Under the pieces are notes generated by a model. It was not told the origin of the DNA. It was given only the letters and a program-made list of their open reading frames with translations, and searched no databases. A stretch of 63,113 nt of DNA, counting the filler, from Stramenopiles sp. TOSAG23-6 (taxonomy: Eukaryota), in assembly GCA_900128565.1 (NCBI GenBank). It is 8 parts of 8 records of this genome, joined end to end, with 100 filler letters (N's around TTAATTAATTAA, not from the genome) between each part and the next. Parts side by side here need not be neighbours in the genome. Positions count along the whole stretch, not along the records: positions 23,741 to 31,542 come from LT636515.1; positions 31,643 to 39,438 come from LT636516.1; 6 more parts are not named here. One strand, written 5' to 3'. Within the stretch, counting starts at the first letter, position 1, and every line of letters starts with the position of its first letter. This document shows positions 23,641-35,217 of the stretch, one piece after another. The position numbers and the translations under genes are program-made.

Positions 23641-24612
23641 NNNNNNNNNNNNNNNNNNNNNNNNNNNNNNNNNNNNNNNNNNNNTTAATTAATTAANNNN
23701 NNNNNNNNNNNNNNNNNNNNNNNNNNNNNNNNNNNNNNNNTCAATTGCAGATGACTAGTATAAATGCAATTGGTTGGGGTTTTCAGTGTTCTTTACGTAC
23801 GAACAAATGGATGAATTCGAGTTAGATTATCGGTAGATTTGATTAAAATATATCGAGTTAGTATGTATATTCAGAATTGAGTAATGAATGTACAGAGAAA
23901 TGGAGAGTGTACGGGATGTTGGTATGTAGTATATTCTATGTCAGGTGGCCTTACTGATAAGTGTTATACGACAATTCAAGTAGAGAAAATAGAGAGAGCA
24001 GTATTTAACTTTGAGAAACTAAGTAAATAGTGAAGTGATTTTATTGTAAGATAGAAATAAAGCTGTTATAAACCTTGTCACGTGATATTAATAGCAAAGT
24101 AGAACATTCTGCTCCATTCAATGAATGTAGTTGTATATATTCTATACAGAACTTTGTTGTGTTTAGTGTCGAGGTGTAGTAGCAAACTTTACAAGTATAA
24201 TAGTAGTTGTTGTTAGTGTTGGCCGTTAAGAATGTTAACCGTTTTCGGCACTTTTTCTTAATCGAGTGTAGTCTCAGACAAACACGAAATCTTGGAACTC
24301 GTAAATAAAGTGAACCATTTTGAAGTGGTTCACATTTTTGTAAGCACGAAATCTTGGAAATCTGAGCTACGCCAAATGTTTTTTGTGGAACTAACCTGTT
24401 TTGATGAGAAAGCAAAAAAAGAATTTCTTTTTTTTTTGAATTTGAATTTGAAATTTTTCCCTATTTCAAACTTTTCTCCAAACACTCTAGACGCAGGCGA
24501 ATATTATCTACGAGATAATCCTGGGAAAGATATATTTCTACTAAAAGGACATAGTAATATTAAAAGTATCAAATCACGAAGCTCATCTATTGAATAAGAG
24601 ACTCTACATAGA

Positions 24613-26814
24613 ATGATCATCATTCGACAATTTACTTTTCTGCTTATTTTCTTTCAGTCATCTTTTATTGTGGCAGAAAGACTCCGTAAAGTTGGAAAGG
24701 AAATAGCATGGGCGCCAGCAAGGCTTAAGTCAGTTAATTATCCTAGTATGCAAATAGTAGAAACTGCGTCTGCTAAGCCTATGAAAAGTGTCAATATTGA
24801 TAATTCAATCAATTCAAACAATGAACCAAATTTTCCAAATGAAGAAAGCCCCGAAGAAAGTTTTGCTGAACCTGTGAATGAATCCTATGACGATATTAGC
24901 TCACCGAGAAGTATGATAACTGACGGGAAAACTTCTCGTAATCCAAATGAAGAAAGCTCTGTGCCTTACAATGATGGGATTAATACAACAAACGTGCCTG
25001 TTACAAATGGAATTGAAGAAATAGGTGAAAACGAATGGATACAACAACAACAACAACAACAACAACCAGAGGGTTCAAACAACGCAAAATCATTTGAAAC
25101 AATGGCTGTCGGTGACGCAAAACTACCGAAACCAAAACAAGATATTTCCGATATTTCCATGGCACGTAAAATGGGTGAAATGATGAATGAAAACGGTACA
25201 CGTCCAGAGGAAAATAAAGAGAATTCACTTGACTTGAGAGATGACAGTAGAAATGAAGTCTTACCATTGAATAGTGATATGCCTCAAAAGGTGTCAAACG
25301 GAAACTTGAAACCAAATCTTGAGAAAAAAACATCTGAAGAAATTTATGAACTTTTGGTGAATTCAAATAAATTTTTGAATGACACCATTGAAGAATCACA
25401 GAATAATCCAGATAATCGCAACCTGTTGAAACAAATTAAAATTCTTTCAGCTGGAATCCTAAAATACTCCCGTCAGTTGGTTGATAACGCCGTGACTCAA
25501 ATTAATGCAAAAAAAAATGATCCTCCAAAAAATCCTCCAACAAATGGAACAAATGATTGCCAAGAAAGTATTAAATTGCTGAAATTTTTGAAAGCTGAAG
25601 TAAAAACACAAAAAGCACAAATAAAAAATCTTACGGGCTTACTACGAGGTGTGTCAACTTTGCAAGAAGAAATGCTCACTAATCAAAAGAAAGCTAGAAA
25701 AAGTCCACCAAAAAAGAAGAAATCAGCAGCTCTTGTCAACTTGCTTGCACAAGAAGCCCCTGTGACACAAGACGAAAAAAATGATCCAGTTGCTATGGAT
25801 ACACAAAGAGATATTGGCAAAGCACAAAACGCGGCTGCAATTGCTGCAAAGAGGCAGCGAGATAATGTAAATGAGAACAAGAAATATCAAGCTGGCCTTA
25901 TGGCTGAGGCTGCTCGTGACCTTAAAAAACTCAATGCAACTGTTCGCAAGGAGCAAAAAGCTGCCATTGCTAATGCCAAGAAACATCAAGCTAATGCAAC
26001 TAAAATGGAAAAAATTGTTAATGCTAGAGCCAAAAAGAAGGTAGCTGAGAAAGAGGCTGCTAATGATGAAAATGGCCAGAAAAAGAAAAAAATGCAAAAG
26101 TTTATGGGTGGTGATGTTGATCAGATGAAGTTTGGTTTTAACGATGACATCGATGGTTTGAAAAATCTTATGAACGTCGCATCATCCTCTGAAAAAGAAC
26201 ATAAGAAGAAGGAAAATGACTTAGGTAATTTAAAAGATCTTATGCAAATTGCATCAAACTCAGAAAAAGAACATAAGAAGAAGAAAAAGAAAAAGGAAGA
26301 GTCTAGTGATGAGGAAGAGGAAGAAAGCGAAGACGAGGAAAGCGAAGACGAGGAAGAGGAAGAGGAAGNGGAGAAGAAAGCGTCAAAGAAGAAGACATCA
26401 GATCAAGATGAAGATGAAAATGATGAAGACGAAGAAGAAGAAGAAGAAGAAGAAGGGGAGAAGAAAGCGTCAAAGAAGAAGAAAGTGACAGAGAAGAAGA
26501 AAGCGCCAAAGAAGAAGCCTGTAGACGAAGATGAAGACGAAGAAGAAGAAGAAGAAGAAGAAGAAGAAGAAGAAGGGGAGAAGAAAGCGTCAAACTTAAA
26601 AAAACAGATGAAAGTTTTAGAAGACGAGGAGAAAGAAGAAAAGAAGGAAGAGAAGGAAGAGAAGAAAAAAGAAAAAAAGGAAGAAGCGGAAGGCGAAGAA
26701 GAAGACGAAGAAGCCGAGAGAGAGCTGAAAAAAAATAAAAAAAAAGAATCTGAAGAGGAAGAGGAAGAAGACGAAAGTGCGGAACCAGGTCTTGAAGAAG
26801 ATGCTGACATATGA
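24613..26814 (+). CDS. Secreted protein with very acidic E/D/K-rich C-terminus
   Basis: 733-aa ORF, N-terminal hydrophobic signal-like segment, poly-E tracts. Confidence 0.75.
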   Translation: MIIIRQFTFLLIFFQSSFIVAERLRKVGKEIAWAPARLKSVNYPSMQIVETASAKPMKSVNIDNSINSNNEPNFPNEESPEESFAEPVNESYDDISSPRSMITDGKTSRNPNEESSVPYNDGINTTNVPVTNGIEEIGENEWIQQQQQQQQPEGSNNAKSFETMAVGDAKLPKPKQDISDISMARKMGEMMNENGTRPEENKENSLDLRDDSRNEVLPLNSDMPQKVSNGNLKPNLEKKTSEEIYELLVNSNKFLNDTIEESQNNPDNRNLLKQIKILSAGILKYSRQLVDNAVTQINAKKNDPPKNPPTNGTNDCQESIKLLKFLKAEVKTQKAQIKNLTGLLRGVSTLQEEMLTNQKKARKSPPKKKKSAALVNLLAQEAPVTQDEKNDPVAMDTQRDIGKAQNAAAIAAKRQRDNVNENKKYQAGLMAEAARDLKKLNATVRKEQKAAIANAKKHQANATKMEKIVNARAKKKVAEKEAANDENGQKKKKMQKFMGGDVDQMKFGFNDDIDGLKNLMNVASSSEKEHKKKENDLGNLKDLMQIASNSEKEHKKKKKKKEESSDEEEEESEDEESEDEEEEEEXEKKASKKKTSDQDEDENDEDEEEEEEEEGEKKASKKKKVTEKKKAPKKKPVDEDEDEEEEEEEEEEEEGEKKASNLKKQMKVLEDEEKEEKKEEKEEKKKEKKEEAEGEEEDEEAERELKKNKKKESEEEEEEDESAEPGLEEDADI

Positions 26815-27062
26815 ACTGAATTTTAAGAAAATGCTTTTGTGCAAAATGTACAAAAGCATTGAACTAATACTTCATTATATAAAAGATACTCTAGAATATA
26901 TATAAGATGTTTTTATGATCAAATATATTCCACTTGTACGCAAAAATGATCATTATAAATCATAATCATATGACTGATTGTAAATGATTTTTTATATTTT
27001 TCACAGCAAAAAGGAAAATTGAACCATCACATTAAATATCTACAGTCAAATAGCACGTACCA

Positions 27063-29174
27063 TTATTTAGAAATGTCCCATCTTCCATCTCCAGTTAGTG
27101 TCAGTACAGTATCAAATAGTTCGACGATATTCTTCTGGTGTGAAATCGCAATTACGGAAATATTAGGATCATTACAAACATGCTTATACACTTCTGTACC
27201 AAAGTCAGACGGACATGCATTAACAATCTCATCAAGAAGTAGTATTTGAGCTGATTCTATATTGAATTTCATTCGAGCAATACAGAGACGTTGTTGCTCT
27301 CCACGTGACATGTGTGTACACAAACCTGTAGAATCCAATACTGATTTCAGTGATGGTTTCACATCATCATTATGAACCTTTTCATATACAACACGATTTA
27401 ACCAATCAGAAAGTCCAACAGAACGTAATAATTGCATACACTTTTCATCAGTTTCATCATCATATTTTGCTAGAGTAGGATACGAAATATTATCACGAAG
27501 AGTAGCAAATCCACCATCTAAAATATAAGGAGTCTGGGGTAAGCAAAAACATGCATTCGATCCTGGAGGAGGTATATATATTACTCCGTGTGACGGTTTT
27601 GTAATTCCGCGTAATACACGTATTATAGTTGACTTACCTGTACCGTTTGCACCTCTTATTAAAAGATTTTGACCCTTGCTCAATGAAAAAGATATATTCT
27701 CTACTAGAATATTTTTTGTATTTTGATCTGACTTTTTTGCCAAATTACTATTCGAATTAATATCAGATTGTATACTAGTTCCACCTGTACTGGCCGTAGT
27801 AGTATCAGATACTTCATTAGTCATTGAAGCAATAGATGGAGGATAAATACTCACATGATCCATTTTTACAACTGCATCAGTATTAGATTCTTTGTATATT
27901 GCCGATGAATCAGTCGTATTCAACAAACCAACTCGTGAATTCTCAAGAGCATTCATTAATGATGATTGAGTCTCTAGTAATGACTTAACTACACCCATTC
28001 TACGAAGGCCTCCAGCAAAATTTTTTAAAGCCATTCCAACATGCACTAATTCGTGTAAAACGCCGAGGAAATATTCAGTAGCCGCCTGTTGATTAACCGC
28101 AGATAGAGGTTCCACAGATGTATGCAATGCGGGTGCCATACACTGAACAGCAGCAACAATAACAAGGTAACGTAAGAAATAATTGCTGATACAATCACCA
28201 ATAAAACATTGATTTAAAAGACTTCTTTTTGCCTCCAAACATGCATCAAATGTACGTTTCAATATTCTTTTTTCAGTTTTACCACCACCGAGTAAATCAA
28301 ACTCTTCGGCATGTTGCATTAATTGAAAATGCTGTGATTTAAATTCATCTTCGCGTGCTTCAGATGTTGAACTTCCAGATTTAATGCAAGGGACAATCTT
28401 CCGTGTCCAAATGCCAAGACCAAAAGCAACACCATAGAATTTAGCCAATTCAGAAGCACCCATCTGAGAAGCAAGAACATATGTTAACCCTACAACTTCC
28501 AAAAGTGGTTTTACAAAATCCAAAAACAGCTCCGATAATTCAGACGAAAGCTTAATTGCGCCACTTGTCAGACATGCATCAGGAAATTGTACAACGCTTT
28601 TAACTTTTACAAGAGAGCAGCGACCAGAGACTGGATCTTCAACGCTTTTCCAAGTGACATCTACACCTTCAGAGTTGTTCACTGCACTGGTGAGCAATTT
28701 TTGAGATTTGTTAACTAGTCTTTCTCGGATGGATAGAGACAGAGAGTCTCTCAAAAATNATATCGCAGAGTTTATGGCAGCTGCTGGTATACAAAGTAAG
28801 GCAAAACGAATCTGGTTGTCAAGAAGGCCAGACCAATCGCGGGCCACAAGACAAGCTCCAAGAGTACCGGTCATTCTAGAAACTTTCACAGACACATAAA
28901 GACGAGCACAAAGTCCAAGAGTAAGAACACTTGCAATTAACGAAGACGTTGAATAGCGAGGCCATACAATAGATAAAAGCTGCCAACGGCGTTGCTTGAT
29001 TTCAAGTTCCTTTTCATTTTTTTCTTCAACCTTTTTCTTTCGCAAACGGCGCGCACGTGACTTTTCTACAACAGCGAACAAGGAAGCTGAGACAAAAACC
29101 GATCCACATAGTGCAACAAGCATGGTACCATGCCTCTTTGCCATGATGCCCCGAAGGGTAGAGAATACATTCAT
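27063..29174 (-). CDS. ABC transporter subfamily D (peroxisomal-type) half transporter
   Basis: TM domain, Walker A GANGTGKS, LPQTPY, MSRGEQQRL signature, LLLDE Walker B. Confidence 0.88.
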   Translation of the reverse strand: MNVFSTLRGIMAKRHGTMLVALCGSVFVSASLFAVVEKSRARRLRKKKVEEKNEKELEIKQRRWQLLSIVWPRYSTSSLIASVLTLGLCARLYVSVKVSRMTGTLGACLVARDWSGLLDNQIRFALLCIPAAAINSAIXFLRDSLSLSIRERLVNKSQKLLTSAVNNSEGVDVTWKSVEDPVSGRCSLVKVKSVVQFPDACLTSGAIKLSSELSELFLDFVKPLLEVVGLTYVLASQMGASELAKFYGVAFGLGIWTRKIVPCIKSGSSTSEAREDEFKSQHFQLMQHAEEFDLLGGGKTEKRILKRTFDACLEAKRSLLNQCFIGDCISNYFLRYLVIVAAVQCMAPALHTSVEPLSAVNQQAATEYFLGVLHELVHVGMALKNFAGGLRRMGVVKSLLETQSSLMNALENSRVGLLNTTDSSAIYKESNTDAVVKMDHVSIYPPSIASMTNEVSDTTTASTGGTSIQSDINSNSNLAKKSDQNTKNILVENISFSLSKGQNLLIRGANGTGKSTIIRVLRGITKPSHGVIYIPPPGSNACFCLPQTPYILDGGFATLRDNISYPTLAKYDDETDEKCMQLLRSVGLSDWLNRVVYEKVHNDDVKPSLKSVLDSTGLCTHMSRGEQQRLCIARMKFNIESAQILLLDEIVNACPSDFGTEVYKHVCNDPNISVIAISHQKNIVELFDTVLTLTGDGRWDISK

Positions 29175-29441
29175 GGTTAATTTGGCTGGTCAAAAAAGTG
29201 CGGTTTGCTCAATCCAGCCTCAATCCATGGCCATTTCATTTTTTTGACATTTTTTGTGTTCTTCTTCTTGATTCATGAACACGTGTCATTCGCATTCCTG
29301 AACCAATTTCAGCAGTCAGTTCAAGTTCTTGGTACCACAAGTAGTAGGTAGTAGACTAGAGACTTTCATTTGGATGACTATATTTGATTGATTTAGTATT
29401 GCACAACAATTTTGTAATTTGAAACGTCAACAAGTTTTATA

Positions 29442-30386
29442 ATGTCGCAATCTGTCCCTATGCGTATTGCAAAAGTAATTGCACGTTCTGGGCTATGTAG
29501 TCGTCGTGGTGCTGAAGACCTCATTAAAGCTCGTCGTGTTTGCCTAAACGGTGTTGTCATTTCTGAGCCAGGAATTGTGGTGAGTGAAAAGGATAATGTA
29601 ATGGTTGATAATAATCCACTTCGACGTACTGGTCCTACAAAGGTATGGGCAGTTCATAAGCTAAAGGGTGAATTAGTTACACGTAACGACCCTCAAGGTC
29701 GTCCAACAGTAGAGGATCGTTTTAAAAAAATGGGTGTTCCTGATAATCTTATGGCTATTGGTAGGTTGGATTACAATACTGAAGGTCTCCTTTTACATAC
29801 AAATGATGGTGACTTGTCGAGATATCTTGAACTTCCAAGTAATGGAATACGTAGACGATATTTATGCTTAGTTAAAGGAACTGTACAGCAACCATGGCTT
29901 AGGTCACTGAAGCGAAAAGGAGGAAGTACCTTTGGAGGTCAAAGATATCGACCAATTGATGCAAAAATTTTGCGTAAGGATGGGCCTACGCGTACATGGA
30001 TAGATATTACATTGACAGAAGGAAAAAATCGAGAAATTAGAAGAATTATGAAGGCAATGAAGTTAGATGTTAAACAGCTCATTCGCATTGAATATGGCCC
30101 ATATAAACTTGGTGAATTACCTCCTGGAGCTGCCATGCAAGTTCCATTAAAATTTGAAGCTCCTTCTGGTCCCAATGGTGTTAAAAGTTATAGTAAGGGA
30201 TGGAATAGTGCTTGGCAAGGCTTTGGTATTCAGAAAAGTCTCAAAAACCGGAAGAATAAAAAGAACGAATTGAATGCCAAAATGCGAAATGCTTTAAGAA
30301 ATAAAGCAACAGTTGCAGCAAGAAAGTCTCTTCCACATAGTTCTTGTTATCAAGCTGCTGTTGATGTCGTCTCTAGTGATTCATAA
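29442..30386 (+). CDS. RsuA/RluB-family pseudouridine synthase with S4 domain
   Basis: RIAKVIARSGLCSRRGAE, IGRLDYNTEGLLL, LTEGKNREIRRI. Confidence 0.92.
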   Translation: MSQSVPMRIAKVIARSGLCSRRGAEDLIKARRVCLNGVVISEPGIVVSEKDNVMVDNNPLRRTGPTKVWAVHKLKGELVTRNDPQGRPTVEDRFKKMGVPDNLMAIGRLDYNTEGLLLHTNDGDLSRYLELPSNGIRRRYLCLVKGTVQQPWLRSLKRKGGSTFGGQRYRPIDAKILRKDGPTRTWIDITLTEGKNREIRRIMKAMKLDVKQLIRIEYGPYKLGELPPGAAMQVPLKFEAPSGPNGVKSYSKGWNSAWQGFGIQKSLKNRKNKKNELNAKMRNALRNKATVAARKSLPHSSCYQAAVDVVSSDS

Positions 30387-30629
30387 AAATTGAATTAGCC
30401 TCACTGTATTATTATTATAAACTTTTATTGATTCAATCCTTCATAAACCTATTTTAAAACATGTATGTGTCTCGAAATACAACCCTAACCCTAATGTTAT
30501 GAACAAAATTTCAAGGTACCCCAAAAAAAACATTTGAACCATATTTCAAAACACCTTCCTTCAAACAAGAATGAGAATTTCCCACAGAGATTATTCTATT
30601 AAAATTAAATTGATTTAATATTTGTGCAC

Positions 30630-30731
30630 ATGTATTTTGGAAAAATATTTGAAAAAAAAAAACTCAAATTTGTTAGGTACAAAATTTCGTACGAAAAAAA
30701 AAATTCGAATTTGAAAAAAAATAAAACATAC
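30630..30731 (-). mobile_element. Introner-like element, GT-AT
   Basis: Full consensus. Confidence 0.8.
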
Positions 30732-30799
30732 ATACAGCTGAGTGTCTTTTAGATAGCGTTAGCTCTTCAGCACATGCACGAGTCACATGCCGACTAATA

Positions 30800-30907
30800 T
30801 ATATATTGTGAAAAAATATTTTTTTTCCGGAAAAAAAATTAAATCGTTAGGTCCTATGAAATTATTTTGATAATAAAATAAATTCGAAATAAATAATGAA
30901 AAAATAC
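30800..30907 (-). mobile_element. Introner-like element, degenerate; 3' boundary approximate
   Basis: GTATTT...GACCTAAC...TTTTTCACAATATAT. Confidence 0.6.
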
Positions 30908-31003
30908 TTTGGCATTCCAGAAGCGACTCCCATAACCAGTGATAAATGCACAGGCTGATTTCCAAACAAACCCACATCTTCAAACATAGCAATTGAACGG
31001 ACA

Positions 31004-31101
31004 ATGTATTCTGGAAAAATATTTCAAAAAAAAAAACTAAAAATCGTTAGGTACAAAATTTCGTACGAAAAACAAATCGAATTTGAAAAAATAAAACAAA
31101 C
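31004..31101 (-). mobile_element. Introner-like element, GT-AT, flanking exons out of phase
   Basis: AT|GTTTGT...CCAGAATACAT. Confidence 0.8.
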
Positions 31102-31542
31102 ATAGTATCCATGCGCTGATTGATTCTTCGGGGGGAGACTGAAAAACTTGTAGACCGTGAATGATGTATCATCACCGTCACCAAGATTATTGACCACTTG
31201 AAAATATATAAGGTAGTTTCCGATACAAAAGTGCCAAGCACCAATAACGAAGCTAAAATCTACCCAAGCACGGAATCGCTTGTTATGTAGATCATTTATT
31301 GGAATCAATCCTGGAAACATGAATATGCTTCCAATGGTGAATAACATACTACCTTGAATGTAGGAAATTGCAGCCCAAAACGCTATCGTGTTGCGGCTGT
31401 GCCACTGGGTCATTGAATTGCGGTGCAATCTTTTCAGGTGCACTTCATCTTGCTCAGACACATAGCCACTCCCGGACTGATCAATAGAAGTGTTTTCGTG
31501 ATCTTGGTTACTCTTGACCAAGTCATCAAAAAGCGGTATGCT
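31102..31542 (-). CDS. Integral membrane protein fragment (YrhK-like helices)
   Basis: AFWAAISYIQGSMLFTIGSIF and FSFVIGAWHFCIGNY helices. Confidence 0.55.
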
Positions 31543-31701
31543 NNNNNNNNNNNNNNNNNNNNNNNNNNNNNNNNNNNNNNNNNNNNTTAATTAATTAANN
31601 NNNNNNNNNNNNNNNNNNNNNNNNNNNNNNNNNNNNNNNNNNCGTTAGGTACGAAATTTCGTATGAAAAAAAATTAAATTAGAAATTCATATGAAACGTA
31701 C

Positions 31702-33299
31702 ATCATTTACAGATGTTTTAATTCCCTGTAGCTGTGGTGCCCTATATCGAATTTCTCCCGTAAGACTATGCTTGTAATAATAAAATCCAGTATACGGCGA
31801 ATATAATTTTTCCCATATGGAAAGCAAAAGATTCCGCATGTATTTTAGAANAATATTTCAAAAAAATCATTAGGTACAAATTTCCGTACGAAAAAAAAAT
31901 CGAATTTGAAAAAAAATAAAACATACATATTACGTCGAACAAGTTTTCTTCTATACATTCCTTGTAGTTTAGAAATGGAAACAAACTCTCGCTCTTCTTC
32001 TGTCATATCTTCCCATTTAGGTTTTGTTACTTTACTTTCATTCATCTCATTTTCACCCTTTTCGTTTTCATCATTTTCATTTTCATCATTTTCACTATCT
32101 TCATCTATTATAGGTTTACCCAGATAATTGTAACGAATACCATCATATCCACCCACAGGTGCGTAAATTGTAACATCATTACCAAAGTCATCATATTCAT
32201 TTTCTTCGTTCAGAGCGAGTTTAGAAAATCGCTTTTCAATTTTTTCTAACTCAATTGAACGTAGACGTTTTTCATTGTTGTGTACTACTTCGTCCTTTAA
32301 TAACTTCGGTTTATCCCATTGTGCTTCACCAGTTTCATGATTTTGGTAATAATATGCTTGGTGCCATTCGTCCCATTCCTTGGAAAATATTTTATTTAGC
32401 ATTGCTTTGAACATCTTTCTTCCTCTTCTAGCTCTATACAATGTTTGGATTCTAGATGCAGCAGCATCAATTCCAGGTGTACCTAATAACTCTTCTAACT
32501 TTGCAGCAGCTGCTCTAGCTTCTTCCAGTTGTCTACGTCTTGAGGATTCTTCTCGACGACGCTTTCTTTTCTGCTGTCTTTCCCATTTTTTATTTTGCAT
32601 TGTAGTAAATGAATCGATTCTACCCATTCGCGCTTCTCGTTCTGCATGCGAAAACTCAAAATGATACATAGCATCTGATGCGCACTGTTGTGTGATTATA
32701 TTCGATGACATTGCCGCATATGCGGCTCTTGCAGCACGCATTGCAGCCTCCGCCTTTTGCTTTGCAACTTTTTTTTTACGGAATTCTGCAAGTCGTTCTT
32801 TCCTTGCCGCTTTTGCTCTCTTCTTTGCCTCTAATTGTTCTGGCCTCACATTATTTAATTTCCTGAGCATTGCTATTTCAGCATCACTCCAAATAACATT
32901 CCTCTTCCTCTTAGCCATAGTGTTACAAGAAGAGGGTAGGCAGTCGATTTGTAACATTCTTTGCAAACGTCTTTTTTTTTTTTCTCGATTCAAGTTTTCA
33001 CGTTCAATTCCTTGTTCTATAGATTTTTGTTGAGAAGAAAATTGATTTGCCTCATGTGGATTATTCGATGAAAGCATATTGCTACAAGGAGCAAGAGCCA
33101 AACATGGATCTGGATTTGGTGTTTCACCATTATTTTGCTCAGAAGAACCACTACGCCATTGTAGTGTGAGCTTCCGCCTTCGAATCACTGGAATTTTTAT
33201 TTCTTTTAGGAGTTCAATGAATTCCGTTTGTGACATTTGAAGAATTTCCTCAATGTCGCACGAATACTCTTTGGCAATATCATTAAGCGTATACTCCAT
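31702..33299 (-). CDS. IQ-motif/WW-domain repeat protein, 3'-incomplete; exons 33299-31927, 31837-31702
   Basis: IQTLYRARRGR + YYYQNHETGEAQWDKP; second unit LQGMYRRKLVRR..FYYYKHSLTGEIRYRAP rebuilt by splicing. Confidence 0.8.
31838..31926 (-). mobile_element. Introner-like intron, GT-AT
   Basis: 89 nt; excision restores the IQ-WW unit; no AG between branch motif and end. Confidence 0.88.
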
Positions 33300-33428
33300 C
33301 TTCTAAAGATCAAAGTGCAAACCAGTAGCTACTACATACAGTAGCTGATTGGAACAGTACTTATAGGAGCCGCTAATTTTTGATTTTTGAAATTCATTGT
33401 CAACTCAACTAAGTCTTCGAGTCTTTTG

Positions 33429-33736
33429 TATTGTTCCGCACGAAAAAATAATAAAATAATAAAATAATTATTTTTTTAAAAAATAATAAAATAATAATGC
33501 TCCAAAAAAGCAAATTATTATTATTTTATTAGGGTTAGGGTTAATTATTATTATTTCATTAGGGTTAGGGTTAATTTTATAAAAAAATGAAAATCAAGTT
33601 TACTTTATTCGGTCAAAAACCTGTAAAAAATATTATTTTATTCACAATAATAATTATTATTGTGAATAATTATTATATTCAATAATAATTATTATTATTT
33701 TTCGTTTCTAAAAAATAATAAAATAGCGGATCAATA
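33429..33736. mobile_element. hAT-like MITE, 308 bp
   Basis: TIR TATTGTTCCGC / GCGGATCAATA (10/11) flanked by exact 8-bp duplication GTCTTTTG (33421-33428, 33737-33744). Confidence 0.8.
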
Positions 33737-33870
33737 GTCTTTTGACACAGTCCTTTTGAGTCTTTGACCAGTATTAGTACCAGTACTACCAGTCACTTGA
33801 TGGCCGCGGCCAAATCCATAAAACCTGGTACGGAGTATACTACAGGTACTAAAAAGAACATTATTTCAAG

Positions 33871-35124
33871 ATGCAAATGAAGCATAATACTGAACAAGCT
33901 GCTGCTCCACCAGCAAAACGAGTAAAGTTAAACAATGCTGTTACCCTGAGTCACTTTTCTACCAATGAATTAGGTGTCACTAACAACTGGAAAATGTTTG
34001 GAACGAAAAACAGTCCAACGTTATATGTCCGTGATTTTGATACTTCCAAGTCAGATAAAGACAAAAAAGTTGCTGGTTTTGATATGGACTGGAATTTGAT
34101 TCAAACAAAATCAGGAAAGAGACATCCTCGTTCACCTGATGACTGGAAGTTATGGCATGATAGTGTTCCAACTAAGCTTCAGGCTTTGCACCGTGAAGGT
34201 TATACCATTTGTGTTTTTACTAATCAAAGAGGCATTTCTAATGGAAAGACGAAAGCGACGGATATTTTTAAAAAAATAGAAGATATTCAGTCTTCTCTTG
34301 AGGTTCCATTGATTGCATTTATATCTGCTGCCAATGATTGTTTTCGAAAACCACGAGTAAATGCCTGGAGGCAAATGGAAAAAATAGTAGGTANTGTTTT
34401 ACGTAAAGACTCTTTTTTTGTTGGAGATGCTGCAGGTCGAGTTCCACCNTNAGTNAAGAAGAAAGATTTTAGTAATACTGATCTTAAATTTGCAATGAAT
34501 TTAGGCATTTCATTTATGACTCCTGANGAATGCTTTCTTGGACTTACACANACATATGAAAAGAACAACTTTTCTTTTGATCCTCGGAAACTTGGTGAAA
34601 ACCCTACAAAACTCCCTTGTTTCTCCNAGGCTTCTTTTGAAATGATTATCATGGTTGGCTCTCCTGGTTCTGGAAAAAGTTTTTTCTCACGTAATATTTT
34701 TTCTTCCTATGAAAGAATTAATCAAGATACTTTGAAAACGAAGAAGAAATGTTTAAAAGCTTGCCAAATAGCTTTAGATTCAAAAAAATGTGTGATCATT
34801 GATAAACAAAATACAAGTGTGAATGATAGAGCTCCATANATCGAAATGGCAAACAAGGCTGGAGCATCNGTTAAATGTATATGGATGAATGTGAGCAAAG
34901 AGTTTTGTTTNCATTTAAATACATATCGATCTTTGAATGTAGCATCTTTTGAACATAGAGGAGTAAAGGAAGTNCCACCTGTGGTCATCCATTCTTTTTA
35001 CAAAAANTTAGAAAAACCAACACTAAAGGAAGGATTTACTGATATTATTCCCATTGGTTTGAATCATTTTACNTTATCTGACAAATCTGCAGATGTTGCA
35101 TTAATAAGATCATTTTTGTTGTGA
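33871..35124 (+). CDS. PNKP: Bifunctional polynucleotide 3'-phosphatase/5'-kinase
   Basis: GFDMDWNLI, FTNQRG, RKP, FVGDAAGR, GSPGSGKS, INQDTL. Confidence 0.92.
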   Translation: MQMKHNTEQAAAPPAKRVKLNNAVTLSHFSTNELGVTNNWKMFGTKNSPTLYVRDFDTSKSDKDKKVAGFDMDWNLIQTKSGKRHPRSPDDWKLWHDSVPTKLQALHREGYTICVFTNQRGISNGKTKATDIFKKIEDIQSSLEVPLIAFISAANDCFRKPRVNAWRQMEKIVGXVLRKDSFFVGDAAGRVPXXXKKKDFSNTDLKFAMNLGISFMTPXECFLGLTXTYEKNNFSFDPRKLGENPTKLPCFSXASFEMIIMVGSPGSGKSFFSRNIFSSYERINQDTLKTKKKCLKACQIALDSKKCVIIDKQNTSVNDRAPXIEMANKAGAXVKCIWMNVSKEFCXHLNTYRSLNVASFEHRGVKEXPPVVIHSFYKXLEKPTLKEGFTDIIPIGLNHFXLSDKSADVALIRSFLL

Positions 35125-35217
35125 AATTTCATGGTATGTAAGCTATTCGTTTTATTGAAAAATAAACATTTTATTTCAACATCCTCTTTGAAACAAAGCA
35201 TAAATAAACATTTTATT

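Noticed and set aside
26249-26859. Overlapping poly-S/L/R ORFs (also 56851-57464)
   Set aside because: Shadow frames of GAA-rich acidic coding tracts
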